Shown one piece after another: positions 54,370-64,000 of a stretch of 64,000 bases of DNA (its first letter is position 1; each line of letters opens with the position of its first letter). This DNA comes from the human T2T-CHM13v2.0 reference genome, Homo sapiens. The stretch is from NCBI RefSeq assembly GCF_009914755.1, contig NC_060931.1. One strand, given 5' to 3'. Made by a program: the position numbers and the translations under genes. The notes below the pieces were generated by a model. The model worked only from the letters and a program-made list of their open reading frames with translations, was not told where the DNA came from and made no database searches.

Positions 54370-56640
54370 ATGGGTTTTATTGTACTATTGACGATGTCAA
54401 GATGATGGACCTGGAAAAACAGGAAATGGGAGTTACCCTAGACATTTTGTTTCGAGGGGTAGCACATAACTTCTAAAATAATTGAGGTTTGATACTGTGA
54501 AGTTTCCAAGATTTTAATGGTTTAGATTATGTTGAGATATTACTTCCAAATTAAAAGATAAGTTTCTATATCTGGTGTCCCTTATGAAAAAGGAGGCATA
54601 ACACATGGCAAAGTGGTCCTATTCAGATTGCAAAGACAGTTTATAACACACTGTGAAGAAGCATGTTACGCAATGTCTCTGACCTGTTTACTTTGACATA
54701 TGTGTCTACTTCCATTAGGTTTTGCTGTAACAACCTCAAGAATCTCAGTAGCTTACAAAAACAAGCATTTATTTCTCCTTCACTTGCATTGTACATTGCC
54801 ACTGGAGCTCTAATTCAGGCTGCAGGTAGGGTTCAAGTCTGCTTCAGATGTCTTCTCTTTCTAGAGTCCAAGTTGAAGGAGCACCACCTACTTGAGATAT
54901 GAGTTTCTCTCCATGGAAGGCAGGGATGCAAGAGGGCAGCTAGAAACACACATCACCTCTCAAAGTCTCTTTCAGGAATAGGAATACTGATATATATCCT
55001 CCAACACTTCATTGATAAAACCAAGCCATATGGTGGTGAAGCCCAAAGTCTATGGGACAGGGAAATAGGCTCTATCCACAGTGAACCATGCCGAGAGAGA
55101 GGAGGGAAAGAATTATGAACCTATCACCTCTGGGTATCCGAAAATCTACCAGAGCAAGAGAAGCATCTTTAGCTCTTCTGTAAGAAAATTTACATTACTC
55201 TTTACTCAGCCATTATGACCAGCAGTTCGAAAGATGCTGTACGGAGAATAGGAAGTACTGTGTAGTTTGTGACAAGCTCTCATAGGACAATTGAGTGTAA
55301 GTCTGAGTTTGAGAGCAGAGCCATCCTCTTTTTCCATGTAACTCTCCTTCACCTCAGAATGAGTCTCAGCTTTCTAACTGACTCTGTTAAAGACAGAACA
55401 TCTGGTCTTGGACGGCTACAGGCTTTGAGCTACTCAAAAGCAACTTATGCTATATGTTATTTTTAAAGCTGCATATAACTAGTAATATTCTCTCATCAAA
55501 CTAGATCATGAATATACAAATTATTTGCATAATCAGGTCACATTCACTTCCATGGTTTACATTGCAATAAATTCCTCAATTAATACCTAGGATGGCCTCA
55601 TGGGTAGTTTCCCATGGCCACTTAACTAAAGATAAATTACTCATGCCTGGTTCTCTGTAAAATGCTGACATGAACTGGAAATGGTCTGTGGTGTTACGGT
55701 TCCAGTTATGAGTGGCCCTGAAAGACAGTAGAGAAGGTTAAGTCTCTTTGTGACCAGAACACAAAGCATAACAATTTACTGTTTATTTTGCTAAAAGGAA
55801 ATGTGGCCTGAAATCATGATCTATACTAATTTCTAGGCAACAGTTATTGTCTAGTTCTAGTTGGGGAAGATCAAAATTGGAATATTGGTGACAAGAAGGT
55901 TAAGAGATGTGTTGGTGTGGATGGATCTCTCAGAACGCATTTAGAGGATGAAAAGGGTTGTATCTTATGTACGCTTTTCAGAAGACTTTCACTATAGAAG
56001 AGGCCCTTAGTAAATCAGGTAGACAAAATGACCCATAGTTGTCAGTCATTTCCCTTTATTAGACAGTAAGGTATTTAATCAGTGGGCTCATGAACAAGGC
56101 AGACATGGTACAAAGATAGATGTTAGGCTTGTTGTAGGCTCAACTGCATGAATGTCTCCTCACTGGGCCTGACTTGCCTACTATCATTGCTAAGTGCATG
56201 ATTTTTCAAGCAAAAGAACCCAATTCTGAACACCAATCTAACGTCAAACCTCAAGGGTGCTTTTTAGGTACCAGGTAATTCAATTAACTAAATTGGGTAA
56301 TTCTCATCAGTGAAAAAATCGGAATTTTTTTCCCATATTAGAATAGTTATGCATAGTCTGGATTTGGATTTTCTTTATCTTCTATTTATTCCTCTGTATC
56401 ACCATGTGTGAGTTTACTGAAGGTTGTATACACTGTCGGAATAAACTTATTACCTCCAAATTCACTTCACAGCAAAAGTGGCAAGGCAATGGGATCATAC
56501 CCAAGGGATTAATGCAAACAATCATATACCCCATCATTCAGAAAATGCTGGCCTGATAGGATGATTCAGTGACCTAATAAAAATCCAGCTGTGACAGGAG
56601 CTGGCAGTTATCACCTTGCAATTTTAGAGAGTTATTTTAT
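54370..56640 (+). mobile_element. Decayed ERVL internal pol region (RT, RNase H, integrase remnants)
   Basis: Frameshifted Y/IDD motif at 54383-54395 followed by GPGKQEMGVTLDI; ccctgaaagacagtagagaagg (RNase H); QWAHEQGRHG at 56080-56109 (integrase N-terminus). Confidence 0.78.
54700..55125 (-). mobile_element. MLT1-type LTR inserted in the ERVL pol
   Basis: gtaacaacctcaagaatctcagtagcttacaaaaacaagcatttatttctc...aagcccaaagtctatgggacagggaaata. Confidence 0.7.
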
Positions 56641-56857
56641 AAAATGTACTGTGTAGTCTGTACCTGTTATTGACAGATTGGTAGAGAAAAAATCCACAAT
56701 GTCTCTGGAGCAGCCCTACTTTCTTTTCTTTCTGAGAGTAGTTATTCAAACTTTTCTTCATTTTATAAAATTCTTTGGTATATGTCCAAGAATCTCCCCC
56801 TTTTCTGTTGGAGTCTGTCAGTTGGTTGAGTTGCTGCAACCAAAAGAATCTGAATTT

Positions 56858-58620
56858 ATGTTCTTGGTCTGCTTTTTAATGTGGTTGTTTGTTTTTTCTT
56901 ATAAATTTGCTTAAGTTCCTTATAGATATTGAATATTAGACTTCTGTCAGATACATAGTTTGCAAAAATTTTCTCCCATTCTGTAGGTTGTCTCTATACT
57001 CTGTCGATAGTTTCTTTTGCGTGTACAAGCTCTTTAATTAGATTGCATTGGTCAATTTTTCCTTTTATTGCAATTGCTTTTGGCATCTTCCTTATGAAAT
57101 ATTTGCCCGTACCTATGACCTGAGTGCTATTGCATATGTTGTCTTCCAGGTTTTTTATAGTTTTAGGTTTTACATTTAAGTATTTAATCCATTTTCAGTT
57201 AATTTTTGTATATGGTATAAGGAAGGGGTCCAGTTTCAATATTCTGCTTATGGCTAGTTAGTGATCTCAGCACCATTTATTAAATAGGGTATCCTTTCCC
57301 CATTGCTTGTTTTTGTCAGGTTTGTTGAAGATCAGATACTTGTAGTTGTATAGTCATATTTCTGGGTTCTGTATTCTGTTCCATCGGTCTATGTGCCTGT
57401 TCTTGTACTAGGTCCATGCTGTTTTGGTTACTGTAGCCCTGTAGTATAGCTTGAAGTCAGGTAGCACGACGTCTCCAGCTTTGTTCTTTTTGCTTAGGAT
57501 TGCTTTCACAATTTGGGCTCTTTTTTGGTTCTACATGAATTTTAAAATAGGTTTTTTTTTTCTTCTAATTCTGTGAAGAATGTCAATGGCAGGTTATTGG
57601 GAATAGCATCGAATGTATAAATTGCTTTGGGCAGTATGGCCATTTTAAAGATATTGATTCTTCCTATCCATGAGCAAGGAAAGTTTTTCCATTTATTTGT
57701 GTCAATTCTGATTTTTTTTTTTTGAGCAGTGTTTTGTAGTTCCTCTTGTAGAGATCTTTTCATTTACCATGTTATCTATATTCCTAGGTATTTTTTTTTT
57801 TTTTGGCAGTTGTGAAAGGGAGACATGCATGAGGCCAACAAGCATATGAAAAAAAGCTCAACATCATTGATCATTAGAAAAATGCAAATCCAAACGACAA
57901 TGAAATACCATCTCACGCCAGTGAGAATGGCCATTATAAAAAAGTCAAAAAATAACATGCTGGTGAGGTTATGGAGAAAAAGGAACAGTTACACACTGTT
58001 GGTAGAAGTGTAAATTAGTTCAACCATTGTGGAAAACAGTGTGATGATTCCTCAAGACAGAAATAACATTCAACCAAACAATCCTATTACTAGGTATATA
58101 TATACCTAAAGGATTACAAATCATTCTGTTATAAAGATACATGCACGCATATGTTCATTGCAGCACTATTCACAATAGCAAAGACATGGAATCAATCCAA
58201 ATGCCCATCAATGATAGACTGGATAAAGAAAATGTGGTACATATACACCATGGACTACTATGCAGCCATAAAAAAGAATGAGATCATGTCCTTTGCAGGG
58301 ACATGAATGGAACTGGAGGCCATTATCCTTAGCAAACTAACGCAAAAACAGAAAACCAAATATCACATGTTCTCACTTACAGGTGGGAACTAAACGATGA
58401 GAACACATAGACACATAGAGTGGAACAACACACACTGGGGCCTACCAGAGAGTGGAAAGTGGGAGGAGGGAAAGGATCAGGAAAAATAAATAATGGATAC
58501 CAGGTTTAATACCTTGGTGATGAAATAATCTGTATAGCAACCCCCCATGACACACATTCATGTATGTAACCTGCGCATCCTGCACATGTCCCCCTGAACT
58601 TAAAATAAAAGTTAAATAAT
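56858..58620 (+). mobile_element. Older L1PA (about PA12-16) with 5' inversion (minus 56858-57821, plus 57821-58620)
   Basis: Antisense ORF2 (ORF 57542..57763, [14 protein letters not shown]) abuts the sense ORF2 C-terminus (ORF 57825.., [15 protein letters not shown]) and a 3' UTR ending ctgaacttaaaataaaag. Confidence 0.92.
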
Positions 58621-58744
58621 CTTAAAATCTAAAGTTTCCTTTAAAAGTCTTCTTTAAAAAAAGATTATAAGAGAAGCCCTAATGATCACTTCATTAAGGC
58701 AAATAAAATGGTTGACGATTATTCAAGAATTTGACAGACATTTT

Positions 58745-59237
58745 AGTTGTCTACCTAATATTCATTATCCTGTGCTTTGTTTCTAAAACAAATTCTGATG
58801 TTTTTAAGAAAGCAAGTACTCAACCTTTTTTTTTTTTTTAGATTACTTTGGCCAGCCTCTTTTGCAACTGGGGGTGTGTAAAGAGGGACATAGTTCTAGC
58901 AATGTAATGTGTGTAGATGTTGCTCTGAGGAAAGCTCTTGAAAGGGATTAATAAACCTTTTGCCTTTTGCATTCATCTCTTTTTCCTGCTTGGAATGCAG
59001 AGGGAGTTGAAGCTGGAGCAGCTATCTTGTGCTATGGATCAGTAATGTAAAGCAAATCCATTTGCGAGGATGACAGCAGAAGAATAGGAGTTGAGACTTA
59101 TGTCATTGTGAAATCCTTGGACTAACCCTGGATTGCCTACATTTGGACTGATTTTAATCAAAGAAGAGTTTACCCACTTTCATTAAACAATTACAGCTTG
59201 AGTTCTATTACACTCAGCTGAATGCAATACTGAACGG
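58745..59237 (+). mobile_element. MLT1J-like MaLR LTR
   Basis: cagcctcttttgcaactggggg, ttcctgcttggaatgcag, gctggagcagctatcttg, ccctggattgcctac. Confidence 0.75.
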
Positions 59238-60184
59238 ACACATAGCTTGTCTTCTTTTTATTACGGTTTCAAGACAGAACAAACATCTTTGCATTTCCAT
59301 ATGATGACAGAACTATGCAAACGATTTGAAGATTTTTAAAACACAATTTATGGCCATACTTATAAGGATTCAAATATCTAGTAACTTTTGTTAGAATTGC
59401 TATGATTTTAGCCAACAAAAGGAACACAGATGAGGAATTTAGGGCAAAATAAATTCTGATGTACCAATTGTAGGCACATTTGTTTATCTTTAAATTATTT
59501 CCCCAAACATAAACATTACCTTATTATTTTAAAGTGCTATTTGTTCTATACCAACAAATTCTGTCATCACCAGGGAATGTGTTTTTCCCTCCAGTGGTGC
59601 TGATAGATTTGTGTTTTACTTTCAGCTCTGCAGAGCTGTCTCCAGATTTCCTTGAGGAATATTCACATATGCTTTTACAAGCAGTTGTTAGTCCACTGTG
59701 AAATTTTTTCCAGAGCTGACTCAAGGGTCTTGCCTTTAGTTTCCCTTGTTCTCCTTCTTATTAAATAATCTCAGAGATTTTGTACATGCCCATCTGGGGG
59801 TTTTCCATTCTAGTTGTATTGGATTTTGTGTCAATATATCTACCATGTCAAAACCAGAAATGTAAACTTCAAGAGCCCCCAGGTGCTAACACTGCAAAAT
59901 CTAGGCCAAAATCTAGACAGAGGTTTAGCATCGTGAAATCTTAAAGCGGCAGGGACCGTTGGGATTATGTTACTTAAACCCTCATGTCAAGGTGCATAGA
60001 CAAAGGCTAAGAAGGTAGAGGGCCTATTCTACACTATAATCTGAGTCAGGGAGCTGGGAACAGAACCTTAATTTCCAGTTTAGTGTCCTTTCTAGCCTTT
60101 ATATTTATCTTTCTTTCCTCTATTTAGGTCTTCCCCCCGATACTTGGTTTTTCTTTGAACTTCCTTCCAAGTGACCATTTATAG

Positions 60185-61092
<908 letters not shown>

Positions 61093-61359
61093 AGTACTCA
61101 TTCCGTTTCTTGACCTTTTTTGGCCACCATGTTCCAGTGTGCACTAACATCTGAGTACATCTTCTGAACACAATTTATATCCCCAAATTAAGATATTTGT
61201 ATAGGCCAAAGCATTTGTCTGCATTTTAAAACTTGTTCTGAGGATGATTCTGTCTTTGTCAAGATGACAGACCTATACTGTATAAAATTTAGACCGCTTA
61301 GTTATCGTATTTTTCTGCCATAAGGAATAGAGAAAACAATGCCAGTTGAGAGAGAAGCA

Positions 61360-61382
61360 GGGGCGGGGGGAGAGGGGTGGGG
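61360..61382 (+). promoter_or_regulatory. G-quadruplex-forming motif containing a GC box
   Basis: GGGG-C-GGGGGG-AGA-GGGG-T-GGGG, including GGGGCGGGG. Function is not shown. Confidence 0.45.
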
Positions 61383-64000
61383 AGGAGAGAGGGAGAGAGA
61401 GAGAATGAATATGATTGAAGAACATATACAGCAGAGACGGGGGTGCGAGACCTACCATGATCCTAATGCCATTCTTGAGGCCCATCTACCGTCTGAGTTT
61501 CTGCCCTTACCTTGGTCTGCTGGTCAAGTCTTCCTTAGTTTCTGCAAGACACTTTCACATCTTAACAAAAATTTTATTTTCTTCTGTTAAGCCTGATTTT
61601 GTTGCTCTCAATTAAGAGCCTTAGCAAATGTAAGAATATAAATATTGAGAGAGAACATGGCTGTTATCAGGTTAGGAAGGCCAAGACTTGTAGATAAGAA
61701 TCAAACTTTGCATCCCTTGACATTGGATATTGGGCAGTCTCCGGGCTGACAACTGGGAGGTGAGACACAGCTTCCAAGACACTTTGTTAATGTGTCTTGT
61801 AAATGGTTTAGAAAAGTCTAGGTGTTATCTAGTAAGAGCAGGTGATTTTGACAACCAAAAAGTTGGGAGGGGAATATTTGTGGCATTAACAGAATGGTTT
61901 TTTCTATTTCTTGAAGCACTGTTACTTAATCTCTTAATATTAATATCTTAGTTCAAGGTATTTTAGCAAAAGGACAGGTATTTCATTAGGAACAGTCTGT
62001 TAAAGTAAAGAAAGAGGACAACATGGAGAAGCTCCTAACCTCCTTGAAAGTCCCTAATTACAAACAACATCCTTGAAGTTGTTTTGGAGATTTTATTTAG
62101 AACTCAGGTAAGCAGACTTCCAAAGGCCATATGGAAGAACTTTCTTGATTCTCACTTTTCAGTTGCAAACCTGTCTGAAAATGTTTCCAATTTAAAATAA
62201 CGTTAATAATCCCTTAACTGGCAACAGATAGCCAGCCAGAGGAAGAGTGGGGAAGAAAAGGTGCCTCGGGAGAGGGGGCTGACAAGGGTAATTGTGGCGG
62301 AGGGGGCAGTGACAGGATTCCCATTCCTATGGTTTTGTCTAGGGTTGGCTGCCCCACTCATAACCATTTCATATGTCTAATGCCCAAGGGTGGAAACCTA
62401 TATTCTTTCAAACTTGATGAACAGCAATCAAGTTTTGTTTTTAATGCATATAGTCTACCACTTCAGTGGGATTTGAGAGACTTTCAAATTGAAGAGGAAA
62501 ATTTAGCTGGCATACCTAGTATCAAGTCTGGCAGCATGTATGACACCCTTCTTAACCCAAGAACTACCTGATTTATCAATGTCTAACTTTCCAGACTTCT
62601 CGGGAGTCAATCAGTAATCCCCACCTAATGCAGAATGAATTATAGCATCTAGGACACTGGAAAAAGAAAAGAAATTCTTATGAAATAAAAGGGATGAAGA
62701 AGATTGCCAAAGGGGTTGGGGGCCATGCCCGTGCATTGGGGATGCTGGTGGGGCAGGGTGAGGGGAGAGACGATGACAAGGAGTTCAAGGCAGCGAGAAG
62801 AAGGGGAAATCCTTTGAACAAAATGGCATGACAGCCCACTACATTTTCCCCAGGAGGAGGCTAATCCTCCTTGCAGCATAGAGCAATTTAAGAGTTCTGC
62901 TTTTTTCCTTGTTTCCTGTGAGGGATGGAGACTCCTCATTGCTGGGGTTTCATTATAAATGTGACCTCAACTGACATGGCATCTCTTAATAAGGGGCAAG
63001 TCCTTCATGTATTTTTGATAGTGCACCAGTGACAAAATCCCTCTCAGTTTAGCAGAAAAATACTGCAAGAGTAAATTGTCAATGACAATATCAGTATACT
63101 CACTGGGCTTCAGGGATTAAGTGAATAGCAGCCATGGCCAGACCCTGACATGGCTTCAGGCACTTAAAAAAAAAAAAAAAAAGCGGTCAAATTAAAGCCA
63201 CATATATGAGGGGAGGGAAGCCTTCCTACCCCAGCAGGGAGATACCTTGATTAAAGCTCAGTCTGACCTTCCTGCTTCATCTCCACAGAAATTGAGACAC
63301 ATTTCCTAAATGGCAGGACTTTACAGAATCATAATGAGCAAGGACCAGGATGCTTTGCGTTAAATTTCCATCTTCATTCCTGGAGCAGGCAAAGGAGAAA
63401 ATAAGAGAAGGTCTCTATTATTTGTTATCAAAAGAACAATGCAGCCCTCCCCTGTTTCTTTTGTGCAGAGACAGAATTATCTATGAAACAAGTAATTCAT
63501 TCCTGGCCCCTTTAGGTAGCTTTTTTTGCACAGCTGATTTCTTAGGTTATTATTACTTAGTGGATGCCAGTAGTTTGATGGGAAATCTCCTTTTTTGAGG
63601 GTAATAGGTATTAGTAAATAATTCACCCTGGAAAACAACCCAAGCTTCAGGGAATTTAAAACAAAAACAAAACCCAACAAAACAAATCTGTTTTATAGAT
63701 AATAAGGGTAAAAAACAGAGGATTTTACTTTTAGGTTCTTTGATGTTTCATTAAATCAAAATTACTTAAATTACAAAATGCTTAAGTAGTCTATGCAGAC
63801 AGTAAGATTTGAGATTAAAATAACTTTTACCAATTTGGAAAATATATTTACTGCAAAATTCAATTTTTCTTTTTGTGTGTTAAAATTAAAGACAATAAAA
63901 ACTGAATTCTTATATTATTAATACCCTCCTAACTTTATTTCCATATGAACTATAGAACCTGGCACCTTTTTGGTACTCAGTCAAGATGAAAACATTGTAA

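Noticed and set aside
62106-62114. Consensus splice donor CAG|GTAAGC
   Set aside because: An isolated motif with no matching upstream acceptor or exon evidence.
63100-63660. GCTTCAGG...TTAA-like motif seen three times
   Set aside because: Short, degenerate and irregularly spaced; cannot be distinguished from chance.

Overview
This is AT-rich, CpG-depleted primate (human-like) genomic DNA, either intronic or intergenic. I found no recognisable protein-coding gene, rRNA, tRNA or CRISPR array. The longer ORFs come from L1 ORF2/ORF1, Alu or low-complexity sequence. Much of the window is interspersed repeats: L1PA and old L1M LINEs, L2, MIR, Alu/FLAM, MaLR and ERV LTRs, a decayed ERVL pol region, and hAT and Tc1/mariner DNA transposons. 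The signals that repeats do not explain are mostly local copying events. (1) A 260-bp segment (259/260 identical) has been copied from 53470-53729 into an old L1 at 46293-46552, with a microhomology and re-copied junction scar. (2) An older, gapless 120-bp copy (40497-40616 to 42277-42396, 100/120 identical) interrupts an LTR. (3) Two neighbouring L1PA7-like copies share several unusual variants, suggesting gene conversion. Smaller retrotransposition features include a 34-nt U2 snRNA pseudogene with a TSD, a twin-primed inverted L1 and a solo A-rich tail flanked by a 15-bp TSD. I see no evidence for a new protein-encoded system. Subfamily names are from recalled consensus sequences and should be confirmed with RepeatMasker/Dfam.
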